Notes: generated by a model from the sequence alone, not told the origin. 64,000 nt of DNA from an uncultured Candidatus Saccharibacteria bacterium (GCA_964407015.1 CAYOTX010000001.1:1708-65707); one strand, 5' to 3'. Shown: positions 1 to 10,183, numbered from the stretch's first letter. Translations and numbers: made by a program.

Positions 1-212
1 CCTATTTCGGATGAAAATCGGTACCCTGTAAATTGGCAGCCGATTTGGTGCCAGAAAAAAGACTTAAAACATTGACCAGCCACCGCTTATGCGGTGGTTT
101 TTCTTGGCAAGATAAGCTTAAGCATTTTACTTATGAAACTGGTTATGAAATAATGAAATTGGGTAGGACAAGTTCTTTAAAAGTCTAATCTAAATTTTAA
201 GGAGGTGAGGAT

Positions 213-689
213 ATGCAAGACTTGTTGGCCTTGAAAGCAGAATTGGAAAAACCTGGTATAGGCAAGCGTCGGCATAACCTTGCGGAAAAGTTCAAGGGAA
301 GAGCAGATGTACCCATAGAGTGGATCCAGGAATGGATCAACGCTAAATGGTATATACTGGGCTGCAAATATTTGTGGCTGGCGGCTATCAACGCCTGTAT
401 TGGCCGATCAGATGCTCCTCTTGGAATTATCGAGCAAGGGCTAAATAAAACTGACATGGATACTTTTAACGCCGCGATTAAGGCTTGCCGCGGACGCAAC
501 ATACCTTTTGAGGTAATAGCCTGCTGGTACGACACGCCCCGAAATACCATAATGCAGTTAGCAGCCATGAACGCATGTTTTGACAACCCAGATGTGCCAG
601 ATTGGTTCGCTAAGCAGGCGCTGCATAACCCCGACATTCGCGTACGACGGCTCGCCGAGAAACTCCTAGAAGAAAGCAATTCTAAATAG
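213..689 (+). CDS. HEAT/PBS-lyase-like helical repeat protein
   Basis: Repeating W..AA..AC.GR.D.P motifs; RBS GGAGGTGAGG before ATG; paralog of the next ORF. Confidence 0.6.
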   Translation: MQDLLALKAELEKPGIGKRRHNLAEKFKGRADVPIEWIQEWINAKWYILGCKYLWLAAINACIGRSDAPLGIIEQGLNKTDMDTFNAAIKACRGRNIPFEVIACWYDTPRNTIMQLAAMNACFDNPDVPDWFAKQALHNPDIRVRRLAEKLLEESNSK

Positions 690-704
690 ATTAGACTTAT
701 GGTG

Positions 705-730
705 TAGGGCTCGCTCTTAGCGGGCCCTAT
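705..730 (+). terminator. Hairpin TAGGGC...GCCCTA, probable terminator
   Basis: Inverted repeat tagggctcgc/gcgggcccta just after the stop; short U tail. Confidence 0.5.
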
Positions 731-816
731 TGACTTGGAGATATTTATCTGTTGTGATATAATTTTGATATAGTTCTTTAACAGTTTGGTTGGCCGGTAA
801 ACTTGGAGGTGATATT

Positions 817-1629
817 ATGACTAGTCTACAAGAGATAGAAAAGCAACTAAATAGCCATTTAAATTGCGAATGTTTAGCTGCAGCAGAAGCTTGTAAAAAT
901 ATTCGTGTACCAAAGCAAAAGATTCATACCTGGATTAAGGCCAAAAAATGGCCTTGGCGCCTGGCGGCAGTTTATGCCTGTTTTAATACGGGAGAAGTAG
1001 ATTTTGAGATTATCGAAAGAGGAGCGGAAGATAGAGATTACGACGTGCAGGATGCTGTGGCAGAACTTTGCCGTAATGTATCCTTGTGTATCCCTGTAGA
1101 AAAAATTGCCACCTGGATGAAATCCGAGAACGAAAATTTGCGTCGGGCGGCAATGTATGCCTGTGACTGGCGAAAGTATTCTGTGACCTGTGAAGTATTA
1201 AAGCTTGGCTTAAATGATAAAGATGGCGAAGTAGCAATAGCCGCAGCAAAAGCTTGCCAAGGGGCCGATGTGCCGTTTGAACAGATTTTGTCATGGGCAG
1301 AGTCTCCATCGTGGGCTGAGCGCCTAGCTTCTATATATGCCTGCATGGGGCGCAAAGATTTTTATCCGCTAGACATTCTTGAGAAAAAATTAACCGACAG
1401 CGATAATTTAGTGCACTGCACAGCGATAGAGGCATACACCTGTGCACCTATTTCCGCCCACAAGATTAGCAGCTGGGCAAAATCTGAAATCTGGCAAAAG
1501 CGTGCTGCCGCTATGATGGCTAGCATAGGTAGAGTAGATGTACCCGAAGAGATAGTTACGAAAGGACTAAAAGATCGCGAACATAAAGTTCGCAAATACG
1601 CTGGAAAAGCCACCGACCAAACTGAATAG
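817..1629 (+). CDS. HEAT-repeat protein
   Basis: About 7-8 repeats of W..R.AA..AC....V..E.I..GL.D.D..V; RBS GGAGGTG supports ATG at 817 over TTG at 790. Confidence 0.7.
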   Translation: MTSLQEIEKQLNSHLNCECLAAAEACKNIRVPKQKIHTWIKAKKWPWRLAAVYACFNTGEVDFEIIERGAEDRDYDVQDAVAELCRNVSLCIPVEKIATWMKSENENLRRAAMYACDWRKYSVTCEVLKLGLNDKDGEVAIAAAKACQGADVPFEQILSWAESPSWAERLASIYACMGRKDFYPLDILEKKLTDSDNLVHCTAIEAYTCAPISAHKISSWAKSEIWQKRAAAMMASIGRVDVPEEIVTKGLKDREHKVRKYAGKATDQTE

Positions 1630-1653
1630 GGCCTATAAATGGGCCCTATTTTT
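1625..1653 (+). terminator. Intrinsic terminator
   Basis: aatagggcc-tataaatg-ggccctatt followed by T run. Confidence 0.75.
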
Positions 1654-1826
1654 ATGAAATTTTTCTATCTATTAGGTTGATTTACCGCCTCTATTGACGG
1701 TGATCTTGATTTTTGGGGCGAAGTGTGGTATAATGGGGGTATATTAAATTAATTATCTACCCCTAAAAACTTACCGACAAACCATCTAAGAGTTTATCTA
1801 AGGTTATAGGGAAGAAAGGACAAAAT

Positions 1827-2153
1827 ATGGCAGAAACCAAAAAAGATGAAGGTCTCAAAATCCGTATTCGATTGAAGGCTTATGATCACCGTGTGATCGA
1901 CCAAAGTGCGCGACAAATCGTGGACACCGCTATCCGTACTGGGGCGAGCGTAAGTGGGCCAATTCCTCTACCTACTAAGCGCAGCACTTTTACCGTGGTA
2001 AAGTCACCACACGTATACAAGACTGGTGGTGAAGCTTTCGAAATGAAAGTACATAAGCGTTTGATCGATATTTCTAACGCTACCCCAAAAACAATTGAGA
2101 GCCTACAAAACCTCTCGCTCCCGGCTGGTGTGGATGCAGAAATTAAGATGTAA
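1827..2153 (+). CDS. rpsJ: 30S ribosomal protein S10
   Basis: [17 protein letters not shown]...GPIPLPT...KSPHV...[12 protein letters not shown]. Confidence 0.98.
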   Translation: MAETKKDEGLKIRIRLKAYDHRVIDQSARQIVDTAIRTGASVSGPIPLPTKRSTFTVVKSPHVYKTGGEAFEMKVHKRLIDISNATPKTIESLQNLSLPAGVDAEIKM

Positions 2154-2161
2154 AAACCAAG

Positions 2162-2183
2162 ATCCCCCGAAAGGGGGATTTTT
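2162..2183 (+). terminator. Intrinsic terminator after rpsJ
   Basis: atccccc-gaaa-gggggat followed by TTTT. Confidence 0.85.
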
Positions 2184-2325
2184 GATGCAAGGCTAAAGAA
2201 TGATACGGTAAGTTGCAAAATTATATAAAATATGTTAATATATTATTAGTCCACCGATCTATATGTGGGCTATAGCTCTTTAGAAGTGGTGACCATTGTT
2301 TAACGAATTTTAAGGGGGTGAAGAA

Positions 2326-2859
2326 ATGAAAATAAAGAATGGTCAAAAAGTGTTTCTGCAAAAATACGAAGTGACATATATTATGCACGAGCTGAACTCA
2401 GTACCCGCCGGTATTGTTGAAGAGATTTTCAAAGATGGTAAGCCTTTTATAATGTCGGGGCCTATAGATGGGCAAGTATTTGCTTGCGTGTTTGAAAACC
2501 CTAAAGCTACAGAGTGGCTAATGGAACAAGACTGGATTGTGGATTATGATCAATACAAAAATGTTCCAGTAGCAGATCTGAAGGTATTGTGCGAGCAGCT
2601 GAAAAATGAGTATTCTTCTGGTGTAGGCAATTTTAATGCCAAAGATGATGCCTATCGTGAAAAACATTTTGATGAGCAAAATGAAAAGTTTAGCAATATG
2701 CGCCATAAGATATCTTCGCTTTATCTGATGATTGACCATCTGGAGAAGAAAACTAATTTCGTATTTCCAGACGAAATCTCTAATCACTCTATTTTTCAGA
2801 AAAACAACAAAAAGAAGTCGGGCTTTTTCGCCAGACTATTTGGTCGCGGCACCCAATAA
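2326..2859 (+). CDS. Hypothetical protein
   Basis: 177-aa ORF with RBS GGGGTG; no recognised motif. Confidence 0.6.
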   Translation: MKIKNGQKVFLQKYEVTYIMHELNSVPAGIVEEIFKDGKPFIMSGPIDGQVFACVFENPKATEWLMEQDWIVDYDQYKNVPVADLKVLCEQLKNEYSSGVGNFNAKDDAYREKHFDEQNEKFSNMRHKISSLYLMIDHLEKKTNFVFPDEISNHSIFQKNNKKKSGFFARLFGRGTQ

Positions 2860-2935
2860 TGGGTGCCTTTTTCTTGCCTGAAATAATTTAATAGCAACGG
2901 TGGCAGTTTTGGGGCGGAAGTGATATAATAGATGC

Positions 2936-4210
2936 ATGAGTAAGACCGCTAAATTTAAGAAGCGCTTTTATTTCGTGGCGGCGAAATATTTTCGGTATTT
3001 TGCAGATAAAACCCTAAAACGCTGGCAGCCACGCGTGATTGCAATTACTGGTTCGGCCGGAAAGACCACGATGCTAAACCTAATGGAGCACGAAATGGGC
3101 AAAAAAGCGCATTACTCGCACGATGCAAACTCTGCATTTGGGGTGAGTTTTGATATTTTGGGGCTTAAAGGTGTGCGTGGGTCGAAACTACGCTGGATAC
3201 ATCTATTTATAGCAGCACCATTTAAGGCGCTATTTTCGCGCCATAAGGAGAAATTTTATGTAGTGGAAATAGATGGCGAGCGCCCGCACGAGGCCGAGTT
3301 TTTGGCGAAATGGCTGAAGCCAGAAGTGACTATTTGGGTGTCTATTGGCAGGTCGCACGCGGTGCAATTTGAGAAAGAGGTGGAAGAAGGCAGATTTAAG
3401 AACCTAGATGAGGCGATTACGGCGGAATTTGCTAATTTACCACAAAATACCACCAAAAGAGTATATATAGATGCCAATTCTAAGATGATGAAAGCGGCTA
3501 CTAAAGATATTTCTGCTAAGGTGGTGCCGATTAATAAAAATATCATCAAGAAATATGTGGTTTACCCGGATTCTACGGATTTTACCTATGGCGACACCAC
3601 TTTTCATTTCAACCACCCCGAGCCAAAAGACATTGCTTTTAATCTGTTGGTATTGCAAGATTTGATGAAATATCTGAAATTGCCGTTTAAGTCTGATTTT
3701 TCAAACATTAAAATGGCGCCTGGGAGATGCTCGTATTTTAAGGGGAAGAAGGGGATAGATATAGTAGATAGTAGCTATAATGCGCACATGATTTCGATGG
3801 CATCGGTGCTGGATATGGCAAAGCGGATGCATGCCGAGAAAAAGTGGCTAGTGATTGGCGATATCGTAGACCAGGGGTCTACCGAGGCGGAAGAGCATAA
3901 AAAATTAGCACATTTAATCGCCGAAGTCGGGCCAGATAAGGTAATACTGGTAGGCCGGCGGACCAAAAAATATACTGCACCAGAGCTAAAGAAACTTGGC
4001 GTATCGGCAGTGGCGACTTTAGACCCGCGCAAGGCCTTGGAATATATAGAGAAGCGCTCACGCAGTACAGAGACGATTATCTTTAAGGGGAGCCAATACT
4101 TAGAATGGATTATTGAAAAGTTACTAGCCGACCCGAAAGATGCGAAAAAATTATGCCGGCGCGAAAAGGCAGCGGTACAACGGCGCAAAAGTTGGGGGCT
4201 AGATTCGTGA
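2936..4210 (+). CDS. Mur ligase, MurF-like
   Basis: AITGSAGKTT P-loop; DSSYNA and VIGDIVDQG resemble MurF DDSYNA and VLGDMLELG. Confidence 0.8.
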   Translation: MSKTAKFKKRFYFVAAKYFRYFADKTLKRWQPRVIAITGSAGKTTMLNLMEHEMGKKAHYSHDANSAFGVSFDILGLKGVRGSKLRWIHLFIAAPFKALFSRHKEKFYVVEIDGERPHEAEFLAKWLKPEVTIWVSIGRSHAVQFEKEVEEGRFKNLDEAITAEFANLPQNTTKRVYIDANSKMMKAATKDISAKVVPINKNIIKKYVVYPDSTDFTYGDTTFHFNHPEPKDIAFNLLVLQDLMKYLKLPFKSDFSNIKMAPGRCSYFKGKKGIDIVDSSYNAHMISMASVLDMAKRMHAEKKWLVIGDIVDQGSTEAEEHKKLAHLIAEVGPDKVILVGRRTKKYTAPELKKLGVSAVATLDPRKALEYIEKRSRSTETIIFKGSQYLEWIIEKLLADPKDAKKLCRREKAAVQRRKSWGLDS

Positions 4211-4247
4211 TTTTAGGATTTAGGTGCGATAAAAAAGGAGGTAAATA

Positions 4248-4928
4248 ATGGCGGATCTTTATATTATTCATGGGTGGACATATACGGTAGAGCCATGGAA
4301 AAATACTTTGGCTATGCTTCGCGATAACGGCATTAGCGTAAAGATGCTACATGTGCCGGGGCTAACCGAGAGATCCGACAAAGTTTACACGATAGATGAT
4401 TATGTGAAATGGGCGAACGAGAATATTCCAGATGGCGCAGTGGCGCTAGGGCATTCTAACGGGGGGCGGATTTTGCTGAATTTATGCGCAGATAACCCAG
4501 AGAAATTAAAATATCTGATTTTACTAGATGCGGCAGGAGTATACGAGCCATCTGCGCGAAAAAGATTAATAGAAAAAGTGGCGAAAATTGGTAAACCCCT
4601 AAAAAAAGTGCCAATTATAGATAAGGCATTTCACAAGATTACCGGTTCGACAGATTATTCGCGGGCGCCGAAAAATATGAAGCAAACCCTAGCGAATATG
4701 CTAGAATCAGACAAGAATTTAGATTTTAGTAAAGTTACTACTAAAACTTTTGTCCTATGGGGCAAGAAAGATACTACTACACCGCCGCGACAGGCCACTA
4801 CGATGTACGAAAAATTACCCAATGCCAAGCTAAAGTTTTATGCTAACTGGACACACGCACCGTATATTTCTAGCCCAGATGAATTAGCGCGTGCTCTAAC
4901 CGCCTTAATCAAAAGGATTAAGAAGTGA
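4248..4928 (+). CDS. Alpha/beta hydrolase
   Basis: HGW, GHSNGG nucleophile elbow, WGKKD, H-acid-base region near the C-terminus. Confidence 0.85.
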   Translation: MADLYIIHGWTYTVEPWKNTLAMLRDNGISVKMLHVPGLTERSDKVYTIDDYVKWANENIPDGAVALGHSNGGRILLNLCADNPEKLKYLILLDAAGVYEPSARKRLIEKVAKIGKPLKKVPIIDKAFHKITGSTDYSRAPKNMKQTLANMLESDKNLDFSKVTTKTFVLWGKKDTTTPPRQATTMYEKLPNAKLKFYANWTHAPYISSPDELARALTALIKRIKK

Positions 4929-6112
4929 AAAAACATTATTTCTTAGGTTCAGCAGCAAATTATAAGGGGAGATTATGGGCACATACTTTTGCTGTAGGGC
5001 TAGAAAAAGATCGCGGAGCGTTGCAAAGGTTTTTGTCGCAGAAGTACAGTGGCGAAGCAATTTTAACAAAAAATGGAAGATCTGCACTAGCTTTAGCGTT
5101 GAAAGCTTATTTTGAGCCGGGTGATGCGGTAATCGTGAACGGATTTACTTGTTATGCAGTTTATGAAGCGGTGAAAGCTGCTGGGCTAGTGCCGGTATGG
5201 GCGGATATTTCGAGTGGGGATCTAAACTATAATGCCACAACTTTAACCGCCGCTCTCCGGGCGGGTCCTGCCGTCGCAGCTTCCCCCACTGTGCTCGACT
5301 CGCGTCTGCGCGCAGCGGGGGACCCCCCAGCTCCGTCACCCACCCGTATAAAGCCGGTAGGCATCATCATTCAAAACTCGCTTGGTAACTCAGTAGATAT
5401 TGCCGCTATTGAAAAATTCGCCAAGCAGCATAACCTCACAATTATCGAAGACCTAGCGCACTGTGCTGGGGTGAAATATGCGGACGGGCGGGAGGTTGGT
5501 ACGGTGGGGGCGGCCGCGGCTCTATCTTTTGGCAAAGACAAGTCTATAGATACAATTTCTGGCGGGGCGGTGATCCTTCGTGACCCCTGTAAAACGGTAA
5601 TTGAAGCGCCTAGTAAACTTCCGAAAATTTCCGATACTTTAAGGGCGAGATTTTACCCGCTACTAGGTGCGGTAGCGCGAGGGCTATCTTATATTAAGCT
5701 AGGCGGAGCATTTATGCGGTGCCTGGTAAAAATCCACTGGGTAGAGAAGTCGGCTGACAATAAATTAGATCTAGAGCGGAAAATCGCCAAATTTGAAGCT
5801 AGATTAGCCCTAAAACAACTAAAAAATCTGAAGAAATCTGGCGAAGCACCAATACGGGAATTTTGCCTAGTGCGAAACAGAGCAGAAGTACTAAAAAAGC
5901 TGCAAGCTAGAGGCTACTATTTTGGCGGATTTTGGTATGAAAAACCAGTGTCTCCAGAACGATATTATAAAAAAGTGCATTTTCCAGAAGACAAATGCCC
6001 GGTAGCTACAGAAGTTGCTAAAAAAATCATCAATCTACCAACTTACTATAGTGAAAAAGATTTGGAGCCAGCGCGCAGAATCATAGCAGAATATATGGAG
6101 GGTGAAAAATGA
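4925..6112 (+). CDS. DegT/DnrJ/EryC1-family PLP-dependent aminotransferase with an internal GC-rich insertion
   Basis: IIEDLAH, LSFGKDK, C-terminal CPVA..VA..IINLPT; extra segment ALRAGPAVAAS...PSPTR. Confidence 0.85.
   Translation: MKKHYFLGSAANYKGRLWAHTFAVGLEKDRGALQRFLSQKYSGEAILTKNGRSALALALKAYFEPGDAVIVNGFTCYAVYEAVKAAGLVPVWADISSGDLNYNATTLTAALRAGPAVAASPTVLDSRLRAAGDPPAPSPTRIKPVGIIIQNSLGNSVDIAAIEKFAKQHNLTIIEDLAHCAGVKYADGREVGTVGAAAALSFGKDKSIDTISGGAVILRDPCKTVIEAPSKLPKISDTLRARFYPLLGAVARGLSYIKLGGAFMRCLVKIHWVEKSADNKLDLERKIAKFEARLALKQLKNLKKSGEAPIREFCLVRNRAEVLKKLQARGYYFGGFWYEKPVSPERYYKKVHFPEDKCPVATEVAKKIINLPTYYSEKDLEPARRIIAEYMEGEK
5258..5346. repeat. GC-rich inverted-repeat element inside the aminotransferase CDS
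   Basis: Ends cgggcgggt/acccacccg; shares gggtcctgccg, ttccccca, ggggg(a/t)ccccc and ccgtcaccc in the same order with 51684-51767. Confidence 0.7.
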
Positions 6113-7083
6113 ATTGGCAAGAAATAATTAAAAATTTTCCAGAGGCAAACTTTTTACAATCGCCAGCATATGGCAAGATGAATGAATTGCTCGGTGATAA
6201 AGTCATAGAGGAAGATTTCGGAGGAAAAGGACGCGCCCTGATCATAGTGCGAAATGCCAAGCGTGGGCGATACCTAGAAATCCCATGCGGGCCATTGCTA
6301 GATTATAAAGACAAAAAGACGGTAACAGCCGCGTTTGAAAAAATTGCCGAAATCGCTAAAAAAGAGAAGTGCGCATTCGTGCGGGTGCGGCCGCAACTGA
6401 TCAATACTCCAGAAAATTTGCAACTTTTGGCGGATTTGGGGCTGAAAAAATCGCCGATGCATCTAGCCGCGGAACATACAGTAATTATAGATTTGACGAA
6501 GCCAGAAGATGAACTGCTGGCCAATATGCGCCGGCAAACTAGATACGAAGTGCGCCGCGCTGCCAAGCAGGGGATTATGGTGGAAAAATCGCAAAGTGAA
6601 GAAATTTTTAAAGAATTCCGCAAGGTACAGGCTGAGACGGCCAAGCGGCAAGGGTTTGTGCCACCTAATCTGAAGACCCTAATGGCAGAAAGGGAAGCGT
6701 TTGACGATAAGATTGCGATTTATGTAGCGAAGACCGACGATGGCAAGCCAATTGCCTACGGCATGATTATCAAAGACGGCAAAGAAGGGGATTATTATGA
6801 GGCAGCTTCTACGGATTTACATCGTAAAATGCCTGGGGCGTATGCTTTGCTTTGGCAAGCGATGAAAGATTTGAAAGCCGAGGGCTATGAAAGGTTTAAT
6901 CTATGGGGGATTGCGCCGCCAGGGCAGCCAAATCACCGCTATGCCGGGGTGACCACCTTTAAAACAGGGTTTGGTGGCGAAGTGGTAGAATATGTGCCGG
7001 CACACGATATGGTAATTTCGAAAGCCAAGTATTTGAAAAATTGGCTGGTGGAAATAGCACGCAAAAAACGGAGGCATTTGTGA
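6109..7083 (+). CDS. FemAB/FemX-family peptidoglycan peptidyltransferase
   Basis: NFLQS, GPLLDY, RQTRYEVRRA, FNLWGI, FKTGFGG. Confidence 0.9.
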   Translation: MNWQEIIKNFPEANFLQSPAYGKMNELLGDKVIEEDFGGKGRALIIVRNAKRGRYLEIPCGPLLDYKDKKTVTAAFEKIAEIAKKEKCAFVRVRPQLINTPENLQLLADLGLKKSPMHLAAEHTVIIDLTKPEDELLANMRRQTRYEVRRAAKQGIMVEKSQSEEIFKEFRKVQAETAKRQGFVPPNLKTLMAEREAFDDKIAIYVAKTDDGKPIAYGMIIKDGKEGDYYEAASTDLHRKMPGAYALLWQAMKDLKAEGYERFNLWGIAPPGQPNHRYAGVTTFKTGFGGEVVEYVPAHDMVISKAKYLKNWLVEIARKKRRHL

Positions 7084-8099
7084 AAATAATAGAGATAGAA
7101 AGCCAGGCGAAGTGGGACGGATTTATCACTTCGCACCCGGAAGCGAACTTTTTGCAGTCGTGGGATTTTTACGAATTCCATAAAGCGCGTGGCAAAAAGG
7201 TAGTACGGCGTGCGGCGGTAAATGATAAAGATGAAATAGTAGCAGCTTATGCTGGGGTGGTAGAAACTGCCAAGCGTGGCACACATCTAGCCATTGCTGG
7301 TGGGCCAATTATAGACTGGGAAGATAAAAAGTTGGTGCGCGAGATTTTCAAAGATATTAGAGAAATAGGGAAAGGGGCGGGTTGTGCTTTTGTGCGAATA
7401 CGGCCACAGTTACCGCTTTCTGACAATTCCTTGAAACTGATGCAAGAATTAGAATTAAAAAAAGCGCCGATGTATTTATCAGTAGAATATGCTGGAATAT
7501 TGGACTTGAAGAAATCTCGGGAGGAGATTTTAGCGGGAGCATCGCAAGGGTTCCGCCGGAAACTTCGCAAGGCCGAGAAAAACGAAATAGAAATTACCGC
7601 CGATGCTGAGAAAAAATCCATTAAGGAATTCTGCGAGTTAGAAAAAAAGCACGCCGAACGACAAAAATACGTAGCGTTTTCTAGTAGTTTTCTTACCAAG
7701 CAATTTGATGCGTTTGCTAAAAATAATGAGGTATTAATATATACTGCGAAAAAAGATGGGGAGATTTTAGCACAGAATTTTATGATATTCTATGGGGCGG
7801 AAGCGAGCTATCATTATGGCGTATCTTCGCAGCTTGGCACAAAGTATTCGGCAGCACCACTACTCCATATGGCGGCGATGGACGAGGCCAGAAAACGCGG
7901 TTGCACGCGATATAATCTGTGGGGGATAGTGGGGCTAGACGAAAAAACGCACCGGTTTTACGGCGTAAGTGAATTTAAACGTTCATTTGGCTGTGAAGAA
8001 TTAAAATATACGCCAGCACATGATATGATTTTAAACCCGGTGAAGTACCAACTAACAAAAATAGTTGAAACTGCCCGTAAAAAAGTTAGGCATATATAA
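7080..8099 (+). CDS. FemAB/FemX-family peptidyltransferase (second paralog)
   Basis: NFLQSWDF, GGPIIDW, YNLWGI, FKRSFG; GTG at 7080 overlaps the previous stop. Confidence 0.9.
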   Translation: MKIIEIESQAKWDGFITSHPEANFLQSWDFYEFHKARGKKVVRRAAVNDKDEIVAAYAGVVETAKRGTHLAIAGGPIIDWEDKKLVREIFKDIREIGKGAGCAFVRIRPQLPLSDNSLKLMQELELKKAPMYLSVEYAGILDLKKSREEILAGASQGFRRKLRKAEKNEIEITADAEKKSIKEFCELEKKHAERQKYVAFSSSFLTKQFDAFAKNNEVLIYTAKKDGEILAQNFMIFYGAEASYHYGVSSQLGTKYSAAPLLHMAAMDEARKRGCTRYNLWGIVGLDEKTHRFYGVSEFKRSFGCEELKYTPAHDMILNPVKYQLTKIVETARKKVRHI

Positions 8100-8128
8100 G
8101 CCTGTTGTTGCTATGTTATAATTTTATT

Positions 8129-8878
8129 ATGACAAAATTAATCTGTAGTGATTTTGATAGGACTATTTATTTTAGAGATGATGAAGAACTGACTCACAGG
8201 AATTTTTTAGCGATACAAAGATGGCGGCATAATGGAAATATTTTCGCGGTGGCGACAAATCGTAGTTTCGTATCCGTAAAAAGACAACTACCGGAATTTA
8301 AAAATTATTTCGATTATCTGATTCTTGATAGTGGCTCTACAATTTTTAATACAGAAGGCGAGATATTTTGGTCTACGACCTTTAGCGAAACAACCTTGGA
8401 AGAGTTATTTAAAATCACAAGAGAATTGCCAGAGCAACCAGTAATCACTTTCTTTAATGCGACTGCGGAAGATTTTAGCTTTGAGCCGCTCGAAAAAATG
8501 ACGAAAATGCGTTTTTGGTTTAAAGATTACAATAATGGCTTGGCGTCTTTAGATATAGTAAAGACGATCAATAAAAAAACTTTTTTGACGAAATTTGATC
8601 GCTTAACTGATAACAAATCTGTACTTGGAGGATATATCGCGTTTCTTGACATAATACCCGAAACCGCTGGCAAAGAGGTAGCCGCAGATAAACTAGCAGA
8701 AATACTGGGCATAGAGAAGGGCCAAGTTTTTACTATCGGGGATGGGGAAAATGATATCAATATGATAAGAAAGTTTAATGGGTTTGCTATTAAAGATTCT
8801 TCAGCAGCGAAGTTCGATCTACAATTTAACAAAGTTGAGTCTTTAGAAAAATTAATAGATGAAAAAATAGGAGGATAA
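8129..8878 (+). CDS. Cof-like HAD hydrolase
   Basis: SDFDRT, VATNR, GKEVA, IGDGENDINM. Confidence 0.85.
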   Translation: MTKLICSDFDRTIYFRDDEELTHRNFLAIQRWRHNGNIFAVATNRSFVSVKRQLPEFKNYFDYLILDSGSTIFNTEGEIFWSTTFSETTLEELFKITRELPEQPVITFFNATAEDFSFEPLEKMTKMRFWFKDYNNGLASLDIVKTINKKTFLTKFDRLTDNKSVLGGYIAFLDIIPETAGKEVAADKLAEILGIEKGQVFTIGDGENDINMIRKFNGFAIKDSSAAKFDLQFNKVESLEKLIDEKIGG

Positions 8879-9310
8879 ATGCATATTATAGTAGGTGGAG
8901 TAATAGAAAAAGATGGAAAATATCTTTTAGTACAAGAAGCTAAAGAAAAGTGTTACGGCAAGTGGAACTTGCCAGCTGGGCATTTAGATACTAATGAGAC
9001 ACCGATAGATGGTGCCAAACGCGAAATTAGAGAAGAATGTGGTTGTGAGGTGAAAATAACTGGTATTTGCCAGATTGGCAACCAAAAGTCAAAAGGCGAT
9101 AATTTAGTATCTATAATTTTCACTACTAAATTAATAAGTGGTGAAATTAAATTTGACAAAAATGAGATTTTGAATGTAGGCTGGTTTAGCTACAAAGAAA
9201 TTATGAATATGCGGAGTGAGCTAAGAAGCGAGAGATTAATAGTGGGCGCGATAGATAATATACGAAATGGGATCGTCGCCCCAATGGAAATAGTTGAACT
9301 TGGCATCTGA
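8879..9310 (+). CDS. NUDIX hydrolase
   Basis: Nudix box PAGHLDTNETPIDGAKREIREECG. Confidence 0.9.
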   Translation: MHIIVGGVIEKDGKYLLVQEAKEKCYGKWNLPAGHLDTNETPIDGAKREIREECGCEVKITGICQIGNQKSKGDNLVSIIFTTKLISGEIKFDKNEILNVGWFSYKEIMNMRSELRSERLIVGAIDNIRNGIVAPMEIVELGI

Positions 9311-10119
9311 GCATATAGCGCAAACTAAATATATAAAAAGTTCGAGAGATAATATCGAAATAGCGCTAGATGAAAGATATAGCAAAAACTCCAGCGTATG
9401 CGTAATATTAGTCCACGGAATGGGCGAACATAAGGGAAGGTACAAAGATCTTCTTGAAAAAAATACATGGAGCAGATATTTCGATTGTGGCGCTAGATAT
9501 TAGAGGGCACGGCGAGAGCGGTGGAGAAAGGGGATACATAGATGATTTTAACGATTTTGTAGCCGACTTAGGTGATGTAATTTTTTACGTAAAAAATAAA
9601 TACCCCCACCTAAAAATAGCTCTGATGGGCCACTCTTTGGGCGGACTTATCGCTACTAGATATGCGGAAATGAAAGACGATGTTGATTTCCTCATTCTCT
9701 CTAACCCATTAGTAAAGTACCCTGTTTTGACTACCATATTTAGGGTTATCCCGTATAAATTGTTTGGTAATATCAAAATAAAGAAATTTAAAAGCGAGAG
9801 CCCGGAAATGTTAAAATACAGCTATTCCGATCCTTTAGCCTGCAATTATTTCTCTTTAAAGCTATTAGGTTGTATCTTTACGATTGGCGCCCCACTTACT
9901 TATGAAAATCTCGAGAAAGTGAGGATGCCAGTATTATTGTTGTGCGGAGAGGTAGACCCAATTCTTAATCCTAAAAGATTAGATACGGTCGAGTCACGTC
10001 TTGGATCTAAGGATAAAATATTAAAAACATACAGCGGAGTAAGACATCGTTTATTACAGAGCACCAGGAAAAATGAGGTAGTAGAATATATAATTAACTG
10101 GTTAAGAAATCACAGCTAG
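9294..10119 (+). pseudogene. Lysophospholipase/monoacylglycerol-lipase-like hydrolase split by a frameshift in an A7 tract
   Basis: VHGMGEH..RY lies in one frame, LDIRGHG and GHSLGG in another; the frames join if A7 at 9457-9463 is A6; start codon uncertain. Confidence 0.75.
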
Positions 10120-10183
10120 TTTAAGTTTTATTAATAGTTAACTTCATAAAAAAGTTAGGGTCCCAGAAAAGGTAGATGCAAAA

